The position numbers and the translations under genes were made by a program. Positions 12,561 to 26,083 of a stretch of 64,000 bases of DNA are shown here, piece after piece (positions within the stretch are counted from its first letter, which is position 1; each line of letters starts with the position of its first letter). The stretch comes from Felis catus (lineage: Eukaryota). The notes beneath the pieces were generated by a model. That model was not told where the DNA came from. It made no database searches and saw only the letters and a list, made by a program, of their open reading frames with translations. The stretch lies in contig NC_058383.1 of NCBI RefSeq assembly GCF_018350175.1, forward strand, positions 13,022,001 through 13,086,000. The letters run 5' to 3'.

Positions 12561-14680
12561 AAACTTCAGATGGTTTTGGGTTTCTCTCACTGCCCCCCTT
12601 TCTCCCCTTCTCCCATCTAGTACTTGTATAGTTGCTTCGAAATATTGTTTTCTGTCTTATTATTCACATTGGCTTATTAGAACATACTATGTAGAGATGA
12701 AAAAGTTATAAAATACCAGACCCTTAGAACAAGGGTTCATTTGTTCATGTGTTTGTTCATTCACTCATTCTTTAATTCATGACTGAGTCCCTGAGGTGTC
12801 AGACTGAGTGTTGGGGGTCCGGAGAGGAACGAGTCCTGGTGTCCTGCCTTTGAGGAGTTCACAGTGCTGTGTGGTAAAAGCAGGTTCCTTCATTGATCGC
12901 GGGTCACGGCGAAGACTGCACTTCGTTGTAAACGTGGTGAGTTCAGAGCGTAGCATCTGTTCTGCCTCACCAAAGCCTCTAAAGCAGGACTCATCTTTGA
13001 GCCCTGGTACCCGTACATCTCTGGGGGTCTCTGTGGCCTTCCTCAATCTGCCCCACGTCAGTGACCTACTTTTCCCTTCCCTCAGATTGATTTGTTGTTC
13101 AAAAGGCTGGTGCCCCTAGGAGTGGGGACCTATGAACTTACTTTGATACAGGAGAATAAAAGACCACAGTCCGCCTTTGCTGGGGTCATACTTTGTGAAG
13201 GGGGCAAGGGTAGAAAACTGAGCAAAAGACACGTCAGTGTGAGAGCAAGGAGGGAGCCACAGACGAAGGATGAGGACAGAGAAGGGGAAGCTGGAGGGCT
13301 CCAAGCTTGCCAAGACCTGACTCAGCACCTCATCTCTACTGTCTAAAAACAGCCCTGCTCCTGCCTTGTTCCTACCCAAGTACCACATAGTCCTCTTCCC
13401 AGTTCCTTCCCTCGGTTTCCTCCGAGGACCTTTCTCCTCCTACTAGATTTATTTTGGGCAGTAGTAGTGGGGAAGGGAGATGGAAACTTCTGATTCCATG
13501 TGGAGAGAAACTGAGGCACAGTATCTTTTCTTCTAAGCCTGTAGGGACTGTCAGAGTGTCATCATTGGTCCCGTGGCGTGCTGTACGCCACAAGTTCCCT
13601 CACAGGGATGGGCTCCTGCCCCCTTCCTCACCATCCATGCTTGGTTCTTTTTACCTGAGAATGGCAGCTCCCATCCGAGGGAAGCAGCTCCTTCTAACAG
13701 AAGGGAAGCCGATTGCAGTCTGCACTGCGTTGCCCCTACCCGTAACCCCATTAAGGGGTTGTAAATAGTACTATAATGATGTCTCAGTCATTTGTTTTGA
13801 TGTATCCGAGCTTTTAATAAATCAGCCACAGCTTGCTTAATAGGAATATGAGAGCAGAGTGCGTTGCTGCCAGCAGCTGCTAGTAAATTATAAAGCATTC
13901 ATCTGTTTTACAAGGGAATTAAATGTTTGTTCTCTTTTAAGGGCTTGTGACTAAACAAGGGCAAGGAGGGGGTGTGCAGAGGCTCGCCTGATGCCCATGC
14001 CCTCTCAAGTGCGGTAACAGTCACAGGTACCTAGGGGAAACACCTGTAACCAGAGCCATGTGAATTACAGTGCCCCCAGGTAAACCCTGTCATTATCGGT
14101 CGCCACTCCATGTGCATCTCCAAAGCAATATTTATTGGATTACATTTTTCTTCCACTTCAAAGGATTTTGTGAAATACAAGTCCCATTTCCCCCACCTCC
14201 CGCCTTTTATCTTAAGACTGTCTAGGGAAGGAGCATTAGATAAACCATATATCCAGCATGACTGACGTTCAATTGTCTGCAAAATTGAGTTAGCCTATTT
14301 TATTTGACTTTTATGCTTACATTTGAAGTGGACCTTTTTCTCCTCTTTTCGACATCATTGGCTTTATCTGTCAAATATTTGTGAGAGGGGAGGCATCAGA
14401 ATCCATGCCTTTGCTATCAGGTAAAAACATGGGGTCTAGGTCACCAGGATTCAAGAACTCTTTGTGACTTTTGACAAGTTGTGTAGGCTACTTGAATCTG
14501 TTGTGTTATTTTTTGTTACTTAAAAATTTTCAATTACAGGTTCACAGGAAGTTGTAAAGATAGTCCAGAGAGATCCAGGGTACCCTTCGCCCAGTACAAT
14601 GAGTATGAATTGTTTTTATGTCCTTCTGTGCATGTGTAGATTTGTGTAATCACTACTGCAGTCAAGATACAGAACTATTT

Positions 14681-14890
14681 GGGGCACCAGGGTGGCTCAG
14701 TCAGTTAAGCATCTGACCCTTGATTTCCACTCAGGTCATGATCTTCCAGTTCATGGGTTCGAGTCCCACATTGGGCTCTGTGCTGACAGCATGGAGCCTG
14801 CTTGGGATTTTCTGTCTTCCTTTTTCTCTGCCTCTCTCCTGCTCATGCTTTGTCTCTTTCAAAAATAAATAAACATCAAAAAAAAAAAAA
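14681..14890 (+). mobile_element. CanSINE nested in L1
   Basis: ggggcaccagggtggctcag head, A tail; TSD aagatacagaactatt / aggatatagaactgtt. Confidence 0.93.
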
Positions 14891-16879
14891 GGATATAGAA
14901 CTGTTCTATCATCATAAAATTCTCCCTCGTGGTACCCCTTTATAAGTACCTTCATCCTGCCCACCCCCTTATCTCCTGTGAAGGATAAATCTGTTTTCCA
15001 TCTCTATAATTTTGTTATTTCAAAAGTATTACCTAAATGGAATCATGCAATATGTGACCTTTTGAGATTATTTCCCCTTTTGGGCAGCATAATGACCTTG
15101 AAATCCATTCAAGTTGTTGCCTGTGCCAACCATAGTTAATACTTTTTTATTGCTTAGTAGTAGTTCATGATATGGATATACCACAGTTGGTTCAACCATT
15201 CACGTATGAGGGGATTTTGATTGTTTCCAGTTTGGGGCTGTTACAGATAAAGCTGCTAAAAATAGTTATTTACAGATTTTTGTGTGGACAACAGTTTTCA
15301 TTTCTCTGTGTGATAAGTGCCCAGAATTGCAATTGCCAGGTCATATGGTAAGTGTATGTTTACTATAAAAAAAAAAAAAAAGATGCCTGATTGTTTCAGA
15401 GTGATTGTACCATTGTTCATTCCCACCAACAGTGTGTAGGAGACAGGTTATCAGCATCCTTCTTGTAGATGTTCTCTGTCAAGTTGAGGGAATTTTTGTC
15501 TTCTATTTTCATAAGTGTGTTTTGAATTTTGTCAAATGCTTTTTTTGTATCAGTTGATATGTTAACGTATTTTTTTGTTTGGTTGAATTTTTTAGTCTAT
15601 TGGTATGATGGATTACATTGATTGATTTTCAGATATTGAAGCAGTCTTGCATCCCTGGAGTAAACCCTAATTTCATGATACAGAATTCTTCCTACAATGT
15701 TGGTAGATTTTATGTGCTAATATTTTATTAAGGACATTTGTGTCTGTATTCATGAAGGATAGTGGTCTGTGATGTTATTTTTTGTACATCTCTATCTGGA
15801 TTTGGTATCAGGGTAATGCTACAGCTTCATAAAATGGAATGGGAAGTATGTGCTTGCCTTCTTTTCTAACGTAGGCATTTGTTGTTACAAGTTTTCCCTG
15901 AACACCACTTGAGCTTCCGTAAATTTGATGTTGTATTTCATTCAGTTTAGGGCATTGTTTAATGTTCTTTGAGCCTTCCTCTTTGACTATGGATTATTTA
16001 TAAGTGTGTTCTTTAGTTCCCTAAACTAAAGGTTTTTCTCTTATCTTTCTGTAGTTTATTTCTACTTTGCTTCTATTGGGATCAGAAAACACACTCTGTA
16101 TGATTTCAGTTCTTTAAATTACAAAAAATTACATTTTTGTAGTAAAGCCCAGGATATGGTCTATCTTGATATTTTTTCCTGTGGTCATTTGAAAAAAATG
16201 TGTATTCTGCTTCATCAAGTGAAGTATTCTATAAATGTCAGTTAGATCCTGCTGTTAGTTGATGGTGGTGTTGAATTCTTTTACTTCCTTGGGGGATTTT
16301 CTATCTAGTTGCTCTATCAGTTGTTGAGAAAGGGATGTTTTAGTATACAACTATAATTGTGTGTCTTTTTCTCTTTTCAGTTCTGTCAGTTTTGCTTCGC
16401 ATTTTAACAACTCTTTTGTTTGGCACATACACACTTAGGATTCTTTTCTTGGGGTGGAATGACCTATATGTCATGGAGTATCCCTCTTTGTTCCTATTAA
16501 TTTTCTATGTTCTGAAATCTACTTTATTTGATATTAATTCAGATACTCTTGCTTTCTTCTGGTTACTGTCTTCATGGTATATCTTTGCCATGATTTTATT
16601 TTCTATCTGTCTTTATCATTACATCAAAATGAACTTATTAGGGATATCATATAGGTAGTTGGGTGATTTTTTTTTCCTTCTACCAGTCTTTCGATTGGTG
16701 TATTTAGATGATTTACATTTAATATAATTATTCATATATTAGGCCTGCCTGTTTTATTTTTTGTTTGTTGTCTCTGATTTTTATTTCTTTTTCCTAACTT
16801 ACTGTAAGTTACTTGATCATTTTTCAGAATTTCAGTTTGATTTCTTACAGTGTTTTTGAGTGTATCTCTTTAATAGATT

Positions 16880-17108
16880 AAAAACAATTTTAACATTTCT
16901 TTATTTTGGAGAGAGAGAGAGAGAGCGAGCACAGTCGAGCATGAGTAGGGAGGGTGGGCAGAGAGAGAGGGAGACACAGAATCTGAAGCAGGTTCCAGGC
17001 TCCAAGCTGTCAGCACAGAGCCCAATGCAGGGCTTAAACCCACGAACCACGAGATCATGACCTGAGCTGAAGTTGAATGCTTAACCAACTGAGCCACCCA
17101 GGTACCCC
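16880..17108 (-). mobile_element. Feliform CanSINE nested in L1
   Basis: (GA)n segment and ...ttaaccaactgagccacccaggtacccc reverse head. Confidence 0.93.
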
Positions 17109-17380
17109 TTGATAGATTTTTTTAGTAGGTATCCTAGTGTCAATAGATTTTTTTAGTAGGTATCCTAGTGTCATATTTTATGCACGTAACTTCTCACTAT
17201 CTATTGTCGTGATATTTTACCAATTTATGTGAAGTATAGACTTTTATCATCTCTCATGTAAAAGATAATTATTTTAAATATTTTTTGTATATATTGAGCA
17301 CTATGTTTGACAGTGTTATAAGTTATGCTTGAGTAGTATTCAAACATAATTTTAGAAAATTTAAGAATAGAAGAAAAATT

Positions 17381-17601
17381 GGGGCAGCTGGGTGGCTCAG
17401 TTGGTTGAACCTCTGACTTCAGCTCAGGTCATGATCTCACAGTTTGTGAGTTTGAGCCCCATGTCGGGCTCTGTGCTGACAGCTTGGGGCCTGGAACCTG
17501 CTTCAGATTCTGTGTCTCCCTCTCTTTCTGCCACTCCCCCAACTCAAGCTGTGTGTCTCTCTCTTTCCCTCTCAAAAATAAGCAAACATTAAAAAAAAAA
17601 A
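17381..17601 (+). mobile_element. Feliform CanSINE nested in L1
   Basis: Head ggggcagctgggtggctcag; 18-bp TSD with one mismatch, aagaatagaag(a/g)aaaatt (17363-17380 / 17602-17619). Confidence 0.95.
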
Positions 17602-18264
17602 AAGAATAGAAGGAAAATTTATTCTATTTACCCATATTTTTGTTCTTTCCGTTGTTTTTTCTTCCTAATGTTTCAAAATTTTCTTTCTATTTGGAAAATT
17701 TACTTTTGGAATTCTTGAAGGGCATACTTACATATGAAAATTTTTGTTAGTTTTCCTTCATCTGAGAACGTCTTGATTTCCCGAAGGCAGTTTTGCTGGA
17801 TATAGAATTTTGGGTTGATAGTTCTTTTATTTGAGTCATTGAAAAATGTTTTGGCACTTCCTTCTGACCTTTACAGTTTCAGATGAGAAGTAATCTACCT
17901 TCATTCAAATTGTTTTTTTTTCCTACTCTGTGTAATGCATTATTTCTTTCTGGATATTTTCAGGATCTTTGTCTTTTAGCTTTCAGGAGTTGGAGGATGA
18001 TGTGTCTTGGTGTAAATTTTTTTGTTTTGTTTTGTTTTGTTTTTCCTGTTTGGGGATCTCTCATATTCTTGAATCTGTAGGTTTATGTCTCTTGCCAAAT
18101 TTGGGACATTTTTAACCATTATTTCTTTGGAACTATTTTTAGCTCCACTGTCTTTCTCTGTTCTTTCTGTGGCCCAGAAGATTAGAATGTTAGATCCTTT
18201 TTTTTTTTCTAACAGTCCTACATTTCTCTGAAACTCTGTTTTTTAAAATTTCTAATCCTTTTGG

Positions 18265-18900
18265 TTTTATTTTATTATATATACTTTTAGTTTTTTTATT
18301 ATTTGGGAAGATATACTTGGTATCAAAATTTTACCATTTTAGTCATTTTAAATGTACAATTCAGTAGCATTAAATATATTTAAATATAGTGTTTTGCAGC
18401 CATCACTACTATTTATTTTCCAAACATTTTCATCACCCCAAGCAGCAACTCTGTAACTATTAAGTAATAATTCCCCTTTCCCCAGCTCTTCAGCCCCCAG
18501 TATCCTGTATTAATTCACTTCTGTTCCTGTGATTTGCCTTTTGTAGATGTTTTATAGAAGTAGAATCATACATTCCCATATAATTCCCTTAGCATGACGT
18601 TTTTTTCCAGTGTTTATCCCTATTATAGCATGCATCATACATTGATTCCTTTTTAAGTCTGAATAATAGTCCATTGCATGTATATACCAGCTTTTGTTTA
18701 TCCTTTCATCTGTTGATGAACACTTGGGTTATTTCCACCTTTTGGCTACTGTAAATAATGCTGCTAAGAACATGAGCATATAAACATTTGTTTATCTCCC
18801 TGCTTCTTTCTGGTTATAGGTAGGGGTGAAATTGCTGGGTCATGTGGCCGTTGGTTATTTAACTTTTTGAGTAACTGACAAACTTTGTTGTGGTTTGTGT
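18265..18900 (-). mobile_element. L1MB/L1MA-type 3' fragment nested inside the older L1
   Basis: aatgtacaattcagtagcatt...catctgttgatgaacacttgggttatttccaccttttggct; a second L1 3' end interrupting ORF1-region sequence. Confidence 0.7.
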
Positions 18901-20499
18901 GTGTGTTTTTAAATCTCTTTTGTTCAGATTTCTGTTGTTTTATCCTGCTCATTGATTGATTCTTTCCTCTGTCCTCTCCATTCTGCTGTTGAGTTTATCC
19001 TTGGGTATTTTATTTTACTTACTATATTTTTGAGTTCTGAAATTTCCATTTGGCTCTATATCTTCTGCTTCTTTTTTGGGACTTTCTTCTTTCTCATTTA
19101 TTGTTAAGTGTGTTTATGATTGCTCGTGGAAGTACATTCACCATGGCTGTTTGTAAATCCTCGTTAGGCAATTCTAAAATCCACCAGCTCACTGTTAGCA
19201 CCTGTTACTAGTCTTTTCTTATTTAAACTGAAATTTTTGACGTTTGATATGATGAGTGACTTATGAATCATGGACATTTTGGATATTATGGGACTGTTAT
19301 TTAAACCTGTGTTTTATTAGACGTTCTCTGGCACTGCTCAGGTGGGGGAAGTGAGGCGCGACCTTATTACTAGTGGGTGTGGGTAGGAGTTCAGCCTTCT
19401 CATTTGGCTCTTGCTGATACCACCTCAGCTGGGGAAGGTGCTGCTCCCCACGTGGCCTCTGTTGATAACCTGTGGGGTGGGGATGTTGAAAAATTGATGA
19501 GTGAGTGGTGAAAATCCTGACTCTCCTTTAAACCCCCTCTGACACCACCCCAGTGAGGGGAGGGATGCCTGGTTGGGGTGGAAGTCTAAACTACACCGAC
19601 TTGGTTGGGGGGGAGGTGGTAGTGGTTTGTTCTCACCAGGCAGTGTTCTCTGCCCCCCAGAGAACTGTGGTGTCACAGTGGGGGATGGGAGGTAGAAGGA
19701 ATTGTGGCATAGATAGAAGTCTGGGCTCTCTTCCTGTGGGTGGGGTTGGATCACATTTGTGGTTTGTTTTGTTTTGTTTTTTTTTTTTTTTTTAACTGGT
19801 ATTTGGCTGCAGTAAAGCATTATCTAAATGTTTTCTGTCTTGCTAGTCTGCATCTTTCATGGTACTTTGGCCAGAGACAGCAGGCTTTTCTCAGGATTTG
19901 TTTTGTCTGTGTCTGTTGATGTTCTGGGTTCCCAGTTTCTTTGGTGCTTAGTCTGGAATTTGCAAGGCAAAAAGAAAGCCCAGGGAACTTACCACTTTGA
20001 CTTTCCTTGTGTCCCAAGGCCCCTAGCCATTCTGCCTTTTCTGTCTTCCATAGTCTTCTTTTATGTTTGCTTTAATATGTAAAATCTAGGGCTTTTCACT
20101 GTACTTACCAGAGGTAATAGGTAAAAGTACATCTATTCCATTTTTCCGGAACTATTTAGTTAAAAAATTTTAAATTACTATTAATATTTTATTGTTGATA
20201 ATAGATATTTCAGTTGATAATAAGTTAGATATTTTATTGATAATAAATTAGATATTTCAATTCTATTTGGACATCAGTTATTCCTAAGCAGCATATGGAA
20301 GTCATCTGGCTCTAGAGCAAGAGTTACATGTTTTATGAAATTCCCACAAAGCAATGATAATCCACGCAGTCTCTCTTTTTCTTCCTGACACCACCCTGCC
20401 CAGCCTTCCCTCTCTCTCCTGCATATTCCATACAGAGATTTTACTCAAACTTGTAGTTTTCAGTTGGAAAACCTTAATATCAAGTGTAAATACTGAACC

Positions 20500-20720
20500 A
20501 TTTATTTAGCATCTTGTAATTACCAGGCACTGTGCTAAGTGCCTTTCAGTGATTTTCCAAATTCATCCTAGTAGGTACTATTATCTCTTTTTGCAGCTGA
20601 AGAAATAGAGGCTTAGGGAAGGCAGGTATTTGCTAAAGTCACTTAGCTCCCAAGTGGTGGAGCTGGAATTTGAACACAGGTCTCTTAGAGTTTTAAAGCG
20701 CACGCTCTTAGCCTCTGCAT
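20500..20720 (-). mobile_element. MIR
   Basis: ccaggcactgtgctaagtgcc...gctgaagaaatagaggcttaggg...gagctggaatttgaacacagg. Confidence 0.75.
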
Positions 20721-22977
20721 TCTACTTCTTCCCCTTACTTTCTCTTGTACTTCATCAAGCTGAACTCTTTCAAGCTGTCTGTTCTGTTGGTTAAGGCCTA
20801 GTCAGAATTCTTAAGCATTTTATTATTTTTGTTTGTTTGTTTCAACAAAAGGGAAGAGATCTTCCCTAGATTTTATCCACTGTTACTGTCTTATAATGCC
20901 ATAGTGGTTTTATCTGCAAGTGTGTTTGGGTGCTTCTTAACGTTTCTGGTAAAATATAAGATGTGATGAAGGGACTGTATTGCCCCAATTGATTCATCTT
21001 TAGTGTCACTTTAATTTTATTTCTGAAAGATAAAGTAGTTATTTTTTCTCACTTCTCTGTTGGAGAGTGATTGAGTGATTTATTCGGCAGTTATTTATTG
21101 AGCGACTATTGTTTGATAATCACAGTGATAGATGCGGGGGGGGGGGGTTATTCAGCAACAGTGTGTTTCTTTGTTCTTGAGATTGCTCTGTGACTTTAGT
21201 TATATCTTTCTTAGGAATCTTTCAATTTCTAAGCCATCAATAAGATTTTTTTTCTTAATTTTTAAAGGGCGGTCCTCTAGAAAGCATGTGTGTTGGTGAG
21301 AAAGAAAGATTTTGGCTTACTATTTAGGAAGATACCGATTCTTCTCAAATTAGGTACACCTGTGTCTCTGGTTTATTTTTCAATGCAAATAGAGACATTC
21401 TAGACAACTGTTTGCCTCTCAAGTCCATGACTGTGAACATGTAGCAAACAGCCTTGGGAGGTCTACTGCCTTTCTTTGGAGCAAAGAGCAGTTTCCTGAA
21501 ACTCAGGGCATTTCTCCTGGAAGGGCCCTTCGTGTGCAGGTGTCCTCTGGCCCATTTTGCCTCACCCTTGGGAGTTGGGGCTCATGGAACCAGCATACAA
21601 CCTGCTGGGATTCTGGCTCCTGTAGTTGTTGTCAGTAATTAACTGTCCTCCATCTCTGATCTGGGAGTTCCATATTTTCTGCCAGCATCCATGGAACTAT
21701 GGAGCCCATCATGTGCCTGATCTACCTTGTCTGTGTAAAGTAAAGCTTCCCCTGAAGAGGAAAAAAACCTGGCTTCAAAAACAAATCCAAGATTACAGCT
21801 CACGAGTAAGCTAAGTACTAAACTAGTCTTGCAATTGTGGAATTAGTATTTTCTATGTCATCGCTATGGAATCGTAGAATCTTATTATTAGATTGGCCCT
21901 TAGGGGGGATGCATTTACCCAAACCACTCCTTTTATAGATAAGAAGCCTTAAACCTGGAGAGGTGGGGTGACTTCTGTCACCTTTCTGTGATAGATTCAA
22001 GACTAGAACTCAGCCTTCTAACTTGAAATCCTGGGACCTTTTTATCACATCTCCTGGGATTCATACTAATGATATTTTTTGTTGTTGTCTGATGGGACGG
22101 TAAGAACAATAGCAGTATTGTTTCATCATAATCGCATATGCATCCAAGATTCTTCCTTCACAGCGTTTCACTTTTCTCCTCTCTGGGTGTAGATTGAACC
22201 ATGTAAAGATTTTAATTGTTTAATTAATCCACATCAGTTTGTTTCTGAGACTTCAAATGTTGGTCATAGTCTATGTAACTGCCAGACTTACAATGAATGC
22301 CTCAGAATTTTGGTTTTATTTTTCATTAAAGGAAACAGAAGGGCTGAGATTTATGGGCTGTTGCTGTGATGGCCCTTCACTGGGTCTCCACCCTCTGCTT
22401 TTTCGCTCTCAATAACTTGTCAGCCAGCTTCTGCTGTAGGTCATCAGGGATAGAGAGTTCTGGGGGCCCTTGTTTGGCTCATTTCACTGTGGGATGGCTT
22501 TCATCTTAAAAAAATATTCCTCCCTTGGATTGAGACACAATTAGCTTGTTTGTGGCTTTCCCAGTGTTCTTCTGAGTGAACGGAATAAATAGAATTTCTC
22601 TATGTTTTCTGTCTAAATGTTCCAGATTGTTGGGGCCATTTCTCACTTCTTGGATTTTAGATAATTCGTTATTCTGTCTCCTTAATTTTCTTGATGGCCC
22701 TCCTAATGTGAGCCACAACAGTTACGATGGACTCTTCAGAAATAGACCAACTCCCAAGGAGGCAAGCTGGGCTCCCCTGCCCAGAGCCCACTCCTGGGGC
22801 TCTCTTCCTCAGCTTGGACCCCACTAGTGGGGAAGTGATCCCTAAGGCTTGGGGCCTGGGAGCTGGGCTTTGAGAAGCACACTTTAATATGTCCTTTCCT
22901 CAGTTTTTAGCTGGTCTCTTTCATCTTTATTATGAAAGATTAGTGCCTTTAACTGCTTCTCCCTATTCCTGCCTTCT

Positions 22978-23002
22978 CCCCCCCCCCCCCCCCCCCCCCC
23001 CC
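22978..23002. repeat. Poly-C run (25 nt)
   Basis: Direct count. Confidence 0.95.
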
Positions 23003-26000
23003 GTGTGTCACCTCTGCACTGGCCACTCCTTTTCGTATTATGTAGGAGATCCTCCAGACCTCTGGGTTTCAGGTTTCGATTCATCGTCTAGTTTTCTCAT
23101 CTCATTACAGACCTGGGCTCAGTGCAGTAACTAGTTAAAAGGCCTTGTCAAGTCATTTAGTCACTTAACTACTCTCAGCCTCAGTGTTCTCATTTGGGCA
23201 ATGAGTCACATCAAACCTAAAAAAATCAATGGACTCACATGTGGGACGGTGCTTTGTGAACAAAAAATATCTCTCATTGTTGCCGTAACCCTTGTTTCTC
23301 TAGAATATACAGTTGGACCAGCTGAGCGAGTGCTAGCCCTGGAATCTTCCATGGGTTCTCTTGGTGGTGTTGCCTTTGCCTGGTGGTGTACTGGGACATT
23401 TGTACATAGTGGACATGGACTTACAAGTATTTGAAATGCCCACATTTTTATTCTTCAAGGAACTACTATTTCTGTTTAAAAAACTAGGCCTTTCATAGCT
23501 CCAGAGGAATGGATGGAGGAAGTATTTTTTTCTGGTTAAATCAGTTCAGTGAGACTCTGTGCACATAGTAATCCTTAAGTCCTTTGCCTAGCTCCTTTGG
23601 CCCTAGGCACTTGGAATGATGGGTTTGTCGAGAGGCAGACATGTGCAGTCTATTCAGACAAACACTGACAGGGCTCCTCCTCTCTTCCCCCAAGCTAAGC
23701 GGCCCCTTTGGAATGTCTAATGAAGCTCGTGCTCTTGCAGGCTGCTTCGAAACAAAGCAGGCGGCCCTGGAAATGAGCCCTAAGAGGTATTATTACTATA
23801 TGTTGGTTTTTATTTGCCTGTTTTGACAGTGTTGTGCAAATGAGGGCCCTGCTGATACAGCCAAATCACAGTGAGCTGTCTTTGCTGTCTTAACTTCTCC
23901 CTCACGGGTCTGGCGCTAGACCTGCCTGCCATACCTTCTTGGAGACAGTGAAAAGACAGAACACTGTCTTCTTACTGATAATAGGGCAGGTTATCACTGC
24001 TTTTACTTAGGACTCTGAAGGGAGGAAGGTAGGGTCTTGGTGAGTGCTTGAAATTTTGTGTATTTATTGTCCTAAAGCTACAGGTCCTTAGTTTATTTTA
24101 CAAAAGTTCTCATAGCATCCTGTGAGATGAAGGATGTAGTAGCTAAAGTAGATCTGATTTTTATAATGGCCACAGACGTATATCCAATAATAAACATGGA
24201 TGCTGTTTCTCAATGGTTGGGATTAAATTTGTACTTTTGGTCTACTGTTTGATATGTCTTGTAGGTGATGAATAGCACTGATGTGCTAAGGGATTTTCTT
24301 CTTAGTCTCTGATGCAGGGGAAGTCAGGCTACTAACTCCATCCAGCAAGCTCAGGAGTGCGTTCTTGGCCAGTCCCAGGCCTACATATTGCCTTGTGCAC
24401 AGTCTTGATGACAACTTGGGCATTTTCTTGATGCATTGAGCACAGGTATTAGAGGTGTGGGGTCTGATGCACCAGACTCCATTCTTCATCTGTCACCTCC
24501 TGCTCAGACCCCCAACCAGCCTTCTCACAGAAGTGGCCAAAACAAGGACCCAGCGTATGGATAGTCCGGTGCAAATTTGTCACCACTTCCAGGAAATCTC
24601 GCAGAGTGCATGTCCTGCCTGTGTTTGATACAAAATACCATCTTTATGTGTTCAGGGTAGGAGAAGCTTTGTTGCTGCTGCTGTCAAGACAGTCACCTAA
24701 ATAGTAGTGGATTGGGGGTGGGTTTTACAGTAACGGTTAAAAAAAAATGAGGTTGGAGCTTAAAAGTTTCAATACTTTGTTGGATGTGTACTATGTTTCC
24801 AGTTAAGTCAGAGCTGAAAATCGCCTGTCCTGACTGTTGGAATAGTCACTTCCACTTAGTTTTCCTCTAAGTAGAAACTGGACTTGGTTGGACTTAGTGA
24901 CCTTCAAGGTCTTTTCTCTCTGGCATTCTGTTTCACTTCAGGGTAGGTCCTAAATTTTGTTTCAGTCATTAGGTTCAAATGCCTCCCCCGCTGAACTTCT
25001 TTATTCTGAGAACAGATGATGGACTTGTCCCTTCGCTCTCCTGCCTTCCCATGTGGTGCTCTGATGGAGCTAGCTAACAGAAGGGATGATGGCCAGCAGG
25101 TAATTCAGCCTTGAGAATGAGGGAGAGAGGTGAAGGCACAAACGGATGAGAACATCTGGGGTGCAGCCCTTGAATAAAAAAAGATTTCACAGAGTAAAAG
25201 CCTGGTCTGCCTTACTCTTTGAGGTCAAGAGGAATTGGTCTTGGTACCTATTTTAAGCCCTGTGTGGTCAGAAACTGAGTCTTAGATTTATCCTCTTTGC
25301 CCTGACAGTGCCTTGTATAGAACTGGACATCATGAAGGTACTAATTGTTTCTGCTTTACTTAACTTCCTGGAAATCATTGCCGTTGTCAAGTGAATAGGA
25401 ATATTATTTTAAATATTATATAGAAAGGGTCCAAGCTTGCAGCTTCTTCATCATTCCAAATATTGTGTTCATTGAAGCAGAGAACCTTGTCAAGACAGTC
25501 ATTACCAACATTTACAAAATGAGAGCAAAAGCTGTTAACAGCTGGATAAAAGTTGAGAATTTTGTGCTTTCAAAAGAAACAAAGGAGGTTTAAAAATATT
25601 TCAGTGGGAAATCTTTTCAGTGGAAGTCTTTCAAGACTTACTGAAAATTTTTTTAAACAGAAGCAGATCTAAAGAAGTCAGTAGAGGAAAAGAAGACCAT
25701 GGATGTAAGAGCTTTATGTTGTGGACATATCCAAGTTCATTGTTAAGTTAAAATAAAAAACTTAGCTTCCATGTGTCCTGTTTTGCAGGATAATTTTCTT
25801 TTAATGCATCTGAAAACAGACCTGAGAGTTTGATGACATGTCAGACAAGGTGACAAACTGAGAGACTGTTTTAGTAACTAGAGGTCCTTCTTCTTAGATC
25901 CATATTCATCAATTAGTGGCTGTTGTCACTTCCATCCTCCTCTTTACCCAAAAGTAGGCATTAAACCTTCATCTCCTTTGGATGTCTGCTTTGTAGACTT

Positions 26001-26083
26001 AGAAGAACCAGAAGGCATGTAAACATGCCTGGTTAGTGTGCTGAAGAGTTTGTCATCAGCTAGTTGACTTCAAGAGCCAGTCA

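Larger units (their letters stand above)
14515..20153 (-). mobile_element. Ancient L1 (L1MC-type) retaining both 3' and 5' ends, internally deleted, with nested insertions
   Basis: 3' end (ggttcacaggaagttgtaaagatagt) at ~14.54 kb, decayed ORF2/ORF1 fragments, 5' UTR repeats (ctgacaccacccc) and an L1MC-like 5' terminus (gtacatctattccatttttccggaa) at ~20.15 kb. Confidence 0.75.
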
